NCBI GenBank assembly: GCA_951406725.2
Contig: OX597820.1
Coordinates: forward strand, 128,216,001-128,280,000
Direction: 5' to 3'
Origin: Octopus vulgaris
Lineage: Eukaryota
Length of the DNA stretch: 64,000 nucleotides
The position numbers were made by a program, and so were the translations under genes. Under the pieces are notes generated by a model that ran no database searches, was not told the origin of the DNA, and worked only from the letters and a program-made list of their open reading frames with translations. How positions within the stretch are numbered: position 1 is the first letter of the stretch; each line of letters opens with the position of its first letter. This document shows positions 25,135 through 37,929 of the stretch, one piece after another.

Positions 25135-25330
25135 TGTATTCTTTTACTTGTTTGAGTCAGTTGACTGCGACCAGGCTGGAGCACCGCCTTTAGTCAAACA
25201 AATCGATTCCAGGACTTATTCTTTGTTAGCCTAGTACTTATTCTATCGTCTTTTTTGCCGAACCACTAAGTTACGGGGACGTAAACACACCAGCATCGGT
25301 TGTCAAGCGATGTTGGGGGAACAAACACAT
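25135..25330 (-). mobile_element. SINE S1 3' half
   Basis: Duplicates 25415-25610. Confidence 0.8.
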
Positions 25331-25351
25331 ATACATAAACACACACACACA

Positions 25352-25409
<58 letters not shown>

Positions 25410-25410
<1 letters not shown>

Positions 25411-25829
25411 TTTTATTCTTTTATTCTTTTACTTGTTTCAGTCATTTGACTGCGGCTATGCTGGAGCACCGCCTTTAGTCGAGCAAATCGACCCCGAGAC
25501 TTATTCTTTGTAAGCCCAGTACTTATTCTATCGGTCTCTTTTTGCCGAACCGCTAAGTGACGGGGACGTAAACACACCAGCATCGGTTATCAAGCAATGC
25601 TAAGGGGGATAAACACAGACACACAAACACACACACATACACACACACACATATATATATATATACGACAGGCTTCTTTCAGTTTCCGTCTACCAAATCC
25701 ACTCACAAGGCATTGGTCGGCCAGGGGCTATAGCAGAAGACACTTAACCAAGATGCCATGCAGTGGGACTGAACCCGGAACCATGTGGTTGATTAGCAAG
25801 CTACTTACCACTCAGCCACTCCTGCGCCT
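25410..25829 (-). mobile_element. Full tRNA-derived SINE S1 with internal (TG/TA)n
   Basis: Minus head GGCGCAGGAGTGGCTGAGTGGTAAG..GGTTCAGTCCCA; tail GAAACAAGTAAAAGAATAAAAGAAT. Other copies at 26232-26414, 27255-27610, 29100-29290, 36690-36850, 49925-50090 and 52130-52530. Confidence 0.85.
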
Positions 25830-25849
25830 TATATATATATATATATATA

Positions 25850-26229
25850 CTAGCAGTATCGCCCGGCGTTGCTCAGGTTTGTAAGGGAAATAACTATAAA
25901 GCATTTTTAGAGAGTTAGAGCCAAAAAATAGCAAAAAAATGGGGAAAAAATGATGGTAAATTTTTTTTTGAGAGTTAAAAAAGGTCGAGTTGCGTCCCCT
26001 AGACAGTCTGTGGTTTGTGTTTCTGATTCTCGACCCCATGTCGAATTTATCGATTTTTTTCAGAACTGGGGGAACTTTTCAAAATTTTCGCTGCGTTAGT
26101 TTTGAATTATGACATTGGGCTATGTGTGTGTCAAGTTTCATCAGAATCGGTTGAAAGCCGTGGTCAGGGTGGGGGTACAAGCAAACAGACACACAGAAAC
26201 ACGCACAGACAAACTGCCGTTTATATAGA
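25850..26229 (-). mobile_element. Non-autonomous Helitron, family A, copy 2
   Basis: Near-identical to 838-1222; TC...CTAG termini in a TA context. Confidence 0.85.
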
Positions 26230-26429
26230 TATATATATATATATATATATACAACGGGCTTCTTTCAGTTTCCGTCTACCAAATCCACTCACAAGGCTTT
26301 AGCCGGCACGAGACTATAGTAGAAGACACTTGCCCAGTGTGCCATGCAGTGGGACTGAACCCGGAACCATGTGGTTGGTAAGTAAGCTACTTACCACACA
26401 GCCACTCCTGCGCCGTATTTATGTATATA

Positions 26430-26470
<41 letters not shown>

Positions 26471-26475
<5 letters not shown>

Positions 26476-27099
26476 ATAGAAGCCATCTTATCATGGCTAA
26501 GCACATTGGGGAGGGGGTGTTACTGTAGCTTTATCACCCCAAGAGATCTTCGTCTCAAGCTAGCTTTAGACACAATATCTGTGTCCTTGGAGTATTTGCA
26601 AAGGGAGGCCATCCCTTCCTCGCAAGCCTGAGTGATACGCTCGAATTAGTTTCGGGATTGTTGTCCCTCGTCAACGGGCGGTAACCACCAGGTAGCGATG
26701 AAAGAGAAGGCTCCTTTGCAAATAGATATAAGTTTTTCTAATGGCGTCTGCCACTGATGTCAAAAAACGAACAGTAAGCATAATTAAATCTCAGAATGAG
26801 ATTGAAACAGTAATCGCGATGAAAGAGGAGGCTCCTTTGCAAATAGATATAAGACAACAACCCCGAAACTAGTTCGAGCGTATCACTCAGGCTTGCGAGG
26901 AAGGGATGGCCTCCCTTTGCAAATACTCCAAGGACACAGATATTGTGTCTAAAGCCAGCTTGAGACGAAGATCTCTTGGGGCGATAAAGCTACAGTAACA
27001 CCCCCTCCCCAATGTGGTTAGCCATGATAAGATGGCTTCTATACTTTACATTATCAAGCGATTACTGTTTCAATCTCATTCTGAGATTTAGTTATGCTA
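26471..27099 (-). mobile_element. HHR-containing fold-back mini-element (~357-nt inferred monomer) inside (TA)n
   Basis: 26471-26665 is inverted at ~26852-27046; a ~38-bp internal direct repeat at ~26695 and ~26816; (TA)n flanks. Confidence 0.78.
26638..26680 (-). ncRNA. Type I hammerhead ribozyme variant (U3)
   Basis: CGCCCG-UUGACGA-GGGA(CAACAA)UCCC-GAAA-CUAA-UU|CGAGCG. The inverted copy shows a palindromic stem III, GAAA-CUAG-UU. Confidence 0.65.
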
Positions 27100-27190
27100 T
27101 ATATATATATATATACATGTATACATATACATGTATACATGTATGCATAAATACACATATATGCATGCATATTTATATATATATATATGT

Positions 27191-27246
<56 letters not shown>

Positions 27247-27612
27247 ATTATGTTTTACTTACTTCAGTAAAAGGGTTTTAGTCGAACAACTGACCCCAAG
27301 GACTTCTTCTGATGGTGTAATTTGTCGAACCGCTAAGTTACGAAAACGTATACACGGCAGCACCAGTTGTCAAGAGGTGGTAGGGACCAAAGAGACACAA
27401 AGATACACACACACACATAAATATATATATAGATATATACATATATATACATACAACTGGCTTCTTTCAGTTTCCTTCTGCCAAATTCACTCACACGGTT
27501 TTGATCGAGCTGAGGTTATAGTAAAAGACACATGCCCAAGGTGTCATGCAGTGAGACTGATCCCGGATGCATGTGGTTGAGAAGCAACGTTCTCATCACA
27601 CAGCCATACCAC

Positions 27613-27643
<31 letters not shown>

Positions 27644-28527
27644 TGTATGTATGTATGTATGTATGTATGTATGTATGTATGTATGTATGTATATATGAAT
27701 GTATATATGTATATACATGCTTTTGTGTTTCAAATGACTGGCAAGACTCACTCAACTCAACACGTTACTAATAATAATTATCTGTAATATAGATAGAATT
27801 CCATAAATTTGGTGTGAAAATTAATGTCCTTAATTTCAAAATTTAACTGGTATTTTATTTCATTTACCCCAGAAATATGGAGGTAAAAGTCAGCTGATGT
27901 TGGTTGGATATGAACTGAGATGCAAATGAACAAATTATAACCGAGTTTGCTTTTGCTTTAAGGATTTTTTTTTATCTTTGAGTTTAATCCGACGCTTTAT
28001 TGCAATGACGCACAATATTTTGTTGTTTTCTCTTTTTTTTTTGTTCTTGTTATTATAGCCCACGGTATTTTTTATATCGTCCAAACCGACCCAATGTTGC
28101 GATGTTAACTGAACAGAACCAAAAATCAATTTTCAAACGCAAATTTAATTTAAACTATAATTAAAGAAAGGAATTATCCATATCTGAAGGGTAAAAATAT
28201 AAAATTGAGTAGTAGTAGTAGTAGTTTCAAATTTTGGCACAGGGCCAGCAAGTTTTAAGAGAATGGTCACGGCTGGAAATGCTATAGGTGGGCTGGATAA
28301 AGACAGACATCTTAGGGCAGCCAAAGAAGTAGCGACAACTTTATAATAATTCTCGATTTGTAACAAATTCCTTCTCTGCCTTTGGCAATTATTTTTCTAT
28401 TTTAGCTTTGAGTTGATAAATTCGGAAGTCACCGAGTAGTTTCATTACTCCAATAACCAGTGTGTTCCTTCCTATAGTTTTATTTTTAGCATTAAACTTA
28501 GTTTTAAACACTTGTCTGAGCTGTTTC

Positions 28528-28528
28528 T

Positions 28529-28594
<66 letters not shown>

Positions 28595-28696
28595 GTAGTT
28601 GTGGTGGTGGTGGTGGTGGTGGCGGCGGCAGTGGTAGCAGAACTACTGCTACTACTACTACTACTACTAGTAGTAGTAGTAGTAGTAGTAGTAGTC
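28528..28696. repeat. (TAG)n-(GGT)n-(CTA)n-(TAG)n trinucleotide repeat
   Basis: Visible directly. Confidence 0.95.
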
Positions 28697-29659
28697 TTCT
28701 AATTATCATTTTTATCCTTCATTTCTGCATGTTGTACCCTATTATTTTTTATCAATCACTGATGCTCCTGTGGGTGGTTATGTTTTAATTCCCAGTCTCT
28801 AAATCTAATGTAATTTATTCTGCTTTAATTAGTCTGCTCCTTCTTAGTGTATTATTGGCACACTTATCTTAATTCCACATTGATTTTTCTATACATACAT
28901 AACGTTAAATTGTTCTACATGTAAACACATTTAAATGATTCATACACGGCTGAATGTTTATATTTTGCCAAATATAGTTTGACTGAGAAAATGGATTTAA
29001 ATCTAAACGAAAAGGTAGTCAAAATAAGAAATCTCTGTGGACGAGAATAAGGTAGTTGTTTTTTTTTAATTCTCTCTTTAACATTTTTTACTTTGCAATT
29101 TTTACCTGTTTTAGTCGTTGGACTGCGACCATGCTGGGGCTTGAGCCGAACAAATCGTCCCGGGTACTTACTTTTTAAACCCGGTACTTATTCTATCCGT
29201 CTCTTTTTCTCGAACAGCTAGTTTACGGAGACATAAACAATCCAATACCAGTTGTCAAGCGGTGATGTGGGACAAACACAAACACGTATCACATAGCTCA
29301 CATAGCCACATAAGTGAGTGTGGGTGGGTGGGGTATATATATGTATATATATATATATATATATTTATATAAACTTGGGTAGAAGTAATGTGCCTCACTA
29401 TTACTTGAGATTTAATAATTTTAATATTGTGAGCGTGAGTATCCCGTGCGGAGGTAATAATTGTGTTATTTCTGTAGCGACGAATAGCAATTTGGTTGAT
29501 GATATTGGTACTTGTAGTAGTAGTTCTAACGATTTGAATAATATTAATAATGTTAAATATAGACCACCGTTGAATATAGGAATAAGTATTGAGAATGATG
29601 TTAACATTATCAATAATAATATTGATGCCGAGAATCGTAATAAGGTTAAACTTTTTCAA

Positions 29660-30090
29660 TCAAATAGCAGCTGCAATTGCAGAATTAAAGACAACGGTGT
29701 GTTCAATAATGATTTCTTGAAAAAAGAGGTGGTTTACCAATGTATTATGAATACACAACATGATAGTAGAGTATATATTGGTGCTACTAAAAATAGTATG
29801 AAACAGAGGCTTAACTATCATAGATACACTTTTAGGAATCAAAATAGGATTAATTCTACAGGGTTAAGTACATATATTTGGGAGCTTTAGGAGAATAATA
29901 TAGATTTTAATTTACATTGGAAAATACTTACTTCTGCACCAGCGTATAATAATAGTACTAGAAAATGCTCTTTTTGCATCGATGAAATTTTCTTTATTAT
30001 CAAAGTTAATCTACCTATTATTAATAATCTTACGGAGCGTAATGTGTCTTGCCTTCATAGGCTAGCGTATACTTTCTCTAGATTTAAATA
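29660..30090 (+). pseudogene. Penelope-like GIY-YIG endonuclease with one stop
   Basis: CNCR..LKKEVVYQC..VYIGAT..KQRLNYHRYTF..STGLSTYIWEL*ENNIDFNLHWKIL..YNNSTRKCSFC. No RT upstream. Confidence 0.85.
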
Positions 30091-30254
30091 GCACTTAGTT
30101 TTAAATCAGTAATTTTAAATGACCTAAATAGCTGTTATAGACTTATCATTGTTTTTATCTAGGAATACTAATTCTGCCATTTATCTTGAGGCATTCTAAT
30201 TTATATTTCTATGTATAAGTGTTTTGTTTTGTTTTTGAATATATCTGTATATTT

Positions 30255-30293
<39 letters not shown>

Positions 30294-32256
30294 ATCCACA
30301 TCGAATTTTCTATTGGTCTCCCACGTATACGTACACCATATCATATGCATTTAGTTTGGGACTTCGGGGTATTGATCTGTACTTAGTTTGGATCTATATT
30401 AAACACATGGTGTTCACCTTTAGATGCGTACGTGTGTATATATACATATGGGGGTATATTTGTTTGTTTAGTTTTAACTAAGTATGTGGTCAATCTCGAC
30501 ATTGGTTTTGATCTAACTTTTTTTTGCGAGGATATAAATTATATAACCTTTGATCAATAATAAATTACCTATTATGTTTAGGGGTACATAGATATAATAA
30601 TGAATAACCTCGGATTCATTAAATAACAACCTTATATTAGTTTTAGTAAATGGATGTTTAAATGTTTGGATAGGGTTTAATACGGAATTACAATATGAGT
30701 AGTAACGTGTTTGAGTAACATTAAAACGGTATATCGATCTCTATAACTTCAACTATAATAAACTCAAACTAGTAGATAATGATACATGGTCAGATACAGA
30801 ATATATTGTTTTTGTTACGGTATTTTATACAACTTAACTTTTACAACGAGCTTAAATGGAGAGATCAAGCTGAAAGTTTGGATTCGCATTACTGTAACGG
30901 TTTATTTACTCGGTGAATTTCGATTTCTGTATCTTCCGTAAATCACTTCCTTTTTCTATACCTTAAATGTTGTCAAATGTGTTTGTTTAGTTTCTATTTC
31001 CTTAGAAAGCTTTGTCTGAATATTTTCCAACCTTTGCCAAATATTAATCCTAACGTTTTCTACCCTTTTAGGCCATTTTTTTATACATTAGGAATTACCC
31101 TTTCAGGCCTTTTTCTACGTATTAAGAATTAGCATAGTTTTCACTTTAATGGTTTATTTTTTTAGTTATTAGTATGTATGTGTATGTGTATATATATACA
31201 TATATGTGTAAGTGGGTGTTTTTAGGTATGTGTATATGTGTATATATGTATGTATATTGATATATACGTATTTATGTATGTAAGTGTGTATTTATGTGCT
31301 TATGTTTATCCATGTGTATGTGTGTATGTGCGCATATCTGTATGTATGTACGTATATGTATTTTAACCAACCAACCGTAACTAAGACTATGAAATTCAAA
31401 TGTGCCAACCACTTGAATTGAGCTTTAGATTGTAAATAATCTATCAGCCCGTTAAGACCTATCACTCACCTATTGATATGCGAACTGTATGTATGTACAT
31501 GCATATGTGCATGTATTTGGTACCTGTGTGTATATATATGTATGTAGATTTAGACTAAAGTTTCGATTTTCGCTGTATAATATATGAATATTGTGACATT
31601 GTATATTGTTTTGCATTATTTTATTATATTGAATTAATTAATTTACTGGCGTGTTACACTGTATTATATTATGCTGTATTTTATGTGGTATTTTCCATCC
31701 ACTAAGTATTGTGAATAGCAGAATGCACATATTCCTTTATTGGTATTATTAATAATAATAATAATATTAATAATAATAATAGTTTTTAGTAATGTAATAC
31801 AATGAACTTTGGACTTTGTATATGTACACTTTGATGTGGATATATATATATATGTATATTCCAGTATATAGATCTGATTAACTGTAACCTTATGGGTATG
31901 TATATTATTATGTATATACTTATATATATATGTATATGTAGGGGTATATACACTTATATGTATATGTATATATGTATATATGCAAATTCTTGTATATGTG
32001 TACCTTCTTTAATATTCAAAATGGAGGAATATATTTCTTTCAATCATCAACTACCAGATAATACCAATTCATATAATTTATTAACTAATTATTTAGATTA
32101 AATAGGAACATCCAAATACAACAGAATAATACAGAATAAAACAATATACATCAATAAGTAAGATAATACCATAAGAATAATACATATATATATGATATAT
32201 ATATATACACGCGCAAACACACATACACGCGCACGCGCACACGCACACACACACAT

Positions 32257-32307
<51 letters not shown>

Positions 32308-32428
32308 ATAGAGGGCATTATTACATATAAATGCCTCACACTAAGAGGGACAAAGTCATTACTACCAAAATTATACTAATCATACCTAAATGCAGTTTTT
32401 CAAAGCAAGACATTTAAAAAATGAATTT

Positions 32429-32486
32429 AGTTCTGTATCACCGTGATTTCACATTCAACTTACGTCTTATGATCCTCAGCAGAACT
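32429..32486 (-). ncRNA. Type I hammerhead ribozyme
   Basis: AGUUCUG-CUGAGGA-UCAU(..AC-GUAA-GU..)AUGU-GAAA-UCAC-G-GUGA-UA|CAGAACU; 7-bp stem I; U.U mismatch at the base of stem II. Confidence 0.8.
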
Positions 32487-32550
32487 GATTCTGAACACAT
32501 CATAAATAAACTACCAACCTTACGTAGCGAAGACGAACAGACAACTGCCC

Positions 32551-34244
32551 TATTTCTTTATTACCCACTAGGGGCCACGAAGAGGGAACATTACAAAACA
32601 TGGGGGACATAAAACAATGCGATTAAAATTATGATTAAATGAATGTTAAAATGAAAAAATGATAACATGAAAGCGATGCTAACGGCCCCTCCGCCAGCAT
32701 CACTTACCTTTCCGTTTCCTATCGCGATTCCAAAGTTTTTCACCTCACCTTTCATTTCTCTCTCATATCTCTCTATCATATCATCCTTCATATATACTGA
32801 TAAACAATTTATTCTTAGTTCATTGCACTTGCTCATCAAAGAGCCCATGAGTTCAAAATCGAATACCGCATAGCTTCCGTCCTCATACTCCTGCCATACA
32901 TCGTCTTCAAAAAGCCTTCTTGCGTTCTCAGTATCTCCCTTCCCCACAACACATAAAAAGTAGCACTGGGGCTTTTGTATGTTCTGTGTGTCTGTTTTCG
33001 TTTTTCTTGTAGGCGGGGAGTGGGTGGGATTGCTGTTTGCGGGGGCAGGATGGGTCTCCAAGGGTGTGGGTGGTATTGGGGTGGGTTGGGGCTTCGCACA
33101 GTTTTCCTTTTCTTTCCTTTTCTCTTCTTTCTGCCCTCCTCACACTCTTTTTGCATCTCCTCCTCCTCTGTCATTTCCCTTTCCGTCTGCTTCTCTTTAA
33201 TTTCTTCTTCTTTTGGGGCCTCCTCTTTTGGAGTTTCCTCAACGATTTCCTTTTCTCTTGGTGGGGGAGGGCAGAAGGCTCTTATGTGGCCCCTCAGGCC
33301 ACACTTGTAACAACGTGGAGCTCTGCCCTCCACCCACACTCTCATAATCACGTCTCCCAATTTAATGCTCTCCGCCAGGTTCACCAGTACCTCGCTCTCC
33401 GCCTGCACGTTCAGCTCCACTATTACGCCTCTCCAGCCCTCGGTCTTGACCGAGGCATGGAGAATATCTACTTTCTCCTCGTGGCCGCTGATCACAGCCG
33501 CCACAATCCACTCAGCCTCCACGTTTGGTGGCACTCCCTCCACCCTTACTCGTGTGATCCTTCTATTCAAGTACATAGGTAAAAGTGTTACCCTTTCTGA
33601 CTTCACCGCCTTCACCGCCATCCTCCTCGCTGCAGTCTCACTTTTAAAATGCACCACTACAGTACCGTACTTCGATCCTCGAGTCAGAAAAATGATTTCC
33701 TCCTCCGATCTTCTCAGGGCCTCCTCTATCCATTCCATGTTTACGATCTCTATTTTCTTTCTTTCGTTCACGAACACCCTGTAAATTATGGTCCTCTTAT
33801 TGTACCATTCCTTTCTCTTTGGTGGTGGTTCCAGTTCCACCTCGCCGCTGTCCTTCCTCATATACCTCTGGAAACCTGGCAATTTTTCTAGGTTTATTTC
33901 TTTTTCCTGTTCCGTCTTCTTTTTTGCAACTCCTGCGTACGTTTTCCTGTTTTTTGTCTCCACATTATTTACATCACCGATTTGCTCGTCTTCAGAGTTC
34001 GATGTCTCCGACAAGCTCTCAAATATCCATTCTTCCTCCGACTCCTCCACTAGGGAGTGGTCATCCATCTCCTCCCGCCTGACAGGCCAAAACGGCCGTC
34101 AAAACAGAAAAAGTGTTACGCGCAGAACCAGTGGAACGCGAAACCGCTTTAACGCCGTTCAAAATTTCCACAACAACAACAATTCTTTTTTATCTTTTTT
34201 TACCGAATTTTACGAGCGTAAAAAAACACGACCGAACTCAAACT
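32551..34244 (-). mobile_element. Full-length ORF1-only non-autonomous retroposon (HAL1-like Tx1 relative) with 19-bp TSD
   Basis: TSD GACGAACAGACAACTGCCC at 32532-32550 and 34245-34263; the empty site is present in the adjacent monomer; 3' tail GGCCCCTAGTGGGTAATAAAGAAATA; no ORF2. Confidence 0.92.
32700..34068 (-). CDS. ORF1 with CCHC knuckle and extra C-terminal domain, one frameshift (ORFs 32836-34068 and 32591-33061)
   Basis: RGSKYGTVVVHF, LLPMYLNRR, VEGRAPRCYKCGLRGHIRAFC. The C-terminal frame resembles 11528-11830. Confidence 0.8.
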
Positions 34245-34621
34245 GACGAACAGACAACTGCCCACTCCGGCCAAGCACATGGAATGTTTATAAATCATAT
34301 ATCCGGTAAATGGCGGGCTTTTTACGAACTGCATGTCGGGTAATGAAAAGTATTTCGGAATAAGTTTAACAATTAAGGATAACCTCTTAATAAGGGATCT
34401 TAACAAGAAATTATCGGGTAGTTAGCGTGAAAACCTCATAAAAGAAAAGAATTCGAAAATAATTTTTTCTTTTGAACAAATTAATTATATCTATATTGTA
34501 TAGAGGGCATTATTACATATAAATGCCTCACACTAAGAGGGACAAAGTCATTACTACCAAAATTATACTAATCATACCTAAATGCAGTTTTTCCAAAGCA
34601 AGACATTTAAAAAATGAATTT

Positions 34622-34679
34622 AGTTCTGTATCACCGTGATTTCACATTCAACTTACGTCTTATGATCCTCTGCAGAACT
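34622..34679 (-). ncRNA. Hammerhead copy with core mutation CAGAGGA
   Basis: Identical to 32429-32486 except U4 to A. Confidence 0.65.
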
Positions 34680-35029
34680 GATTCTGAACACATCATAAAT
34701 AAACTACCAACCTTACGTAGCGAAGACGAACAGACAACTGCCCACTCCGGCCAAGCACATGGAATGTTTATAAATCATATATCCGGTAAATGGCGGGCTT
34801 TTTACGAACTGCATGTCGGGTAATGAAAAGTATTTCGGAATAAGTTTAACAATTAAGGATAACCTCTTAATAAGGGATCTTAACAAGAAATTATCGGGTA
34901 GTTAGCGTGAAAACCTCATAAAAGAAAAGAATTCGAAAATAATTTTTTTCTTTTATGAGGTTTTCACGCTAACTACCCGATAATTTCTTGTTAAGATCCC
35001 TTATTAAGAGGTTATCCTTAATTGTTAAA

Positions 35030-35084
<55 letters not shown>

Positions 35085-35087
<3 letters not shown>

Positions 35088-35771
35088 ATATTAAAAATGA
35101 ATTCAATCTTGTTTGCTTGCTCTCAATGTTACAGCCAAACTGGTGCATGATGGGAAAATACTTTGAACGTAAAGCGTCCCTGAAATGTGAATACAAACGG
35201 AATAAAACAAGTTTCACATCAATCGGACCAGTGGTTATTGAGATATTCGGGGTTTGGGGAGTATAAATACCCAAAACGGTACATAATACTCCGAAAATAA
35301 CTTAACTCTGAAGGGGAAGAACCTCTAAACTTTCCATTAGACACATTATGATGGGCAAAATATTTTAAAATGAAAATTATTTTTAAAATACTCTAAATAT
35401 TTCGTAAAAGACCCGTTCGTAACCTCGGTTTGAAACAGTTTTTTTTCCTAAGTTTCTTTGGAGTGCATTCAACGTATCTCATCTCCAAAGATCTGACTGC
35501 TATTTCTAGCATGCCCTGCTATCTCATAACAGCTATTTGCGATGAAGGACTCAAAATACGTGTTACGTGGTAGCAGGGCGTGCAAGAAATAGCAGCCAAA
35601 TCTTTTCTTTTCTGTGGAAAGGAGCCGTTTACGCCTGATTTCGATGTCACATTCGTTGAAAGCATTCGAAATAACCTGAAAAAGACAAAAAGAAACCCTC
35701 GAAACAAAACTCCGTTGCTGAGAAACTCAGACTTTCCCAGTGCCCCAATGGGTCACTGGTAGTCTAGTCTA

Positions 35772-35772
<1 letters not shown>
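35085..35772 (+). mobile_element. Non-autonomous Helitron, family C
   Basis: 3' hairpin CCAGTGCCCC-AAT-GGGTCACTGG followed by CTAG(TCTAG)T; 5' TATATTAAAAATGAATTC..TGTTTGCTTG (5' boundary uncertain). Confidence 0.6.
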
Positions 35773-35814
<42 letters not shown>

Positions 35815-35824
<10 letters not shown>

Positions 35825-36261
35825 TTAGAGACAAAACCACTATTTTGCAAAACAAACAAGGAAAGACTTAATCAATACATAAAATTTTAATAAAAAGTCA
35901 AAAAAACCGCCACTACAATTGTTTCTTGTCCTAATCGACAATCTTCAGGTGGACTTCCAATTTTCAATATATTTGTGTGTGTGTGTGTGTGTTTATACAT
36001 ATATGTATGTGTGTGTGTGTATGAAACTGACTTGAAAATTGGAAGTCCACCTGAAGATTGTCGATTAGGACAAGAAACAATTGTAGTGGCGGTTTTTTTG
36101 ACTTTTTATTAAAATTTTATGTATTGATTAAGTCTTTCCTTGTTTGTTTTGCAAAATAGTGGTTTTGTCTCTAATAATATTATATAATATTTTACTATAA
36201 AATTGGATTTAATCCTAAATCTGATTTTTTCCCTGTAAATTTGGATTTATTCCCTAATATT

Positions 36262-36270
<9 letters not shown>
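35815..36270. mobile_element. Fold-back HHR mini-element inside (TA)n
   Basis: 35817-35966 is inverted at ~36032-36183 with a (TG)n spacer; each arm holds one HHR. Confidence 0.82.
36047..36089 (+). ncRNA. Canonical minimal type I hammerhead ribozyme (mirror copy 35910-35952 on minus)
   Basis: CCAC-CUGAAGA-UUGUC(GAUUAG)GACAA-GAAA-CAAUUG-UA|GUGG. Confidence 0.92.
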
Positions 36271-36309
<39 letters not shown>

Positions 36310-36619
36310 TAAAGGCCGTCTTCGGTCATGAATGACCATAGGATTGCATCTAGAACATTTCCTTCCAAGGCACAAGTCCGCGCAAGATTGTTTATGGAAG
36401 ACCAGCAGTCGTCCATGCATACCAATCTTCCTTCTCCACGCCAGTGGCACCAGTGACGTCGCAACTCATTTCTACAGCTGTGTTAACTGAAGCAACGTGA
36501 AATAAAGAGTCTTGCTCAAGAACGCAACACACATCCTAGTCCGGTAATCAAATTCACTATCTCAGGAATGTGAGCTCATACACACACACATACATATATG
36601 TATAAACACACACACACAC

Positions 36620-36676
<57 letters not shown>

Positions 36677-37143
36677 TACACACACACAACGATGGTCTTC
36701 TTTCAGTTCCCATTTACCAAATCTACTCACAAGGATTTGGTCACCCTGGGGTTATCGTAGAAAACGTTTGCCCAAAGTGTCACGCTGTGGGACTGAACCC
36801 GGAATCATGTGGCTAGGAAGCAAACTTTTACCACATAGCCACGCTTCAGCCTATAGCTACGTCTGCACACTGTTATTTATGCTTTTCATTCTGATCATGG
36901 CAGTGGTTGCAGCTGCCTTCTTTATGACATTGTCTCTTATATCTAAGCGTGTGCTATCCTGCTAAAGGCGTTTTAGGAATCAGTCAATGCCATGCATAGA
37001 ATTTTGTTTCTCTTTTTGCAGTTTTCAATAACTTACATCGGTTTTCCAATAACTCTTCTGTACATACCAAACATAATTTCCGACACCTTTCTCCTTGTCT
37101 GATAAGGCATTATTGTTTTTATGAGCAGACAGCTTATTGTTGA

Positions 37144-37198
<55 letters not shown>

Positions 37199-37349
37199 GA
37201 CTTTACAAAGCATTGGTAAATAGGTTTGAGTTATCTGTCTGTAGTTTCGATCGGGGAATTAATTTTGTTTTGTCGGCTAATAAGTAGTCGGTAGTCGGTG
37301 TTGATTCGGGTTTCTTGACTGATTCCTTGGATGTTGCTGCCGTATCCAT

Positions 37350-37396
<47 letters not shown>

Positions 37397-37929
37397 CCCT
37401 TCCTTAAGAAAATTACAATAAATAAAAAAGAAAAACCTAACAACCCACGAACAACCCCCAACTATCCTCCATACACTAAAAACAGAAATCACCCACAACC
37501 AACCTTTACAAACCACGCTAGACTTAACAGGGAACTAGCTGACAGAGGACGCGTCTATGAAAGAAATTACACCAAAAACAGAACAAACCAACAACATCCT
37601 AATACCAGACCCAACCACCATACAGCACAATACGACACTAGGATAAGAAATACACCACACACAAATCACTACTACCCCATGAACCAAAACTACTGGTCCC
37701 CACTAAACACAAGACAAACGCAAAGAAACACTATGTCAAGCAACATCCCACATACAAGAAGTTCGAAACAAAAATATTTCCCATACAGAAATTTTACACA
37801 CACCACAAGCATTAACAACCATAGATTCCCACACACACACAACGATCGGAGGCAACAATACCACCACTCCCCCGACCAAATACCACACAACCTCACAGAC
37901 AACTCATACAAACAAAATTACACCCAACA

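Larger units (their letters stand above)
32303..35033 (-). mobile_element. Tandem dimer of a ~480-bp HHR monomer plus inverted terminal copy, inside (TA)n; the first monomer is split by an ORF1-only retroposon
   Basis: 32303-32550 + 34264-34494 closely matches 34495-34950; ~34950-35033 is the reverse complement of ~34841-34925. Confidence 0.85.

Noticed and set aside
25760-25829. tRNA-like sequence
   Set aside because: A SINE head continuing into the SINE body; no complete cloverleaf.
26776-26817. Hairpin followed by GAAACAGUA
   Set aside because: No CUGANGA upstream.
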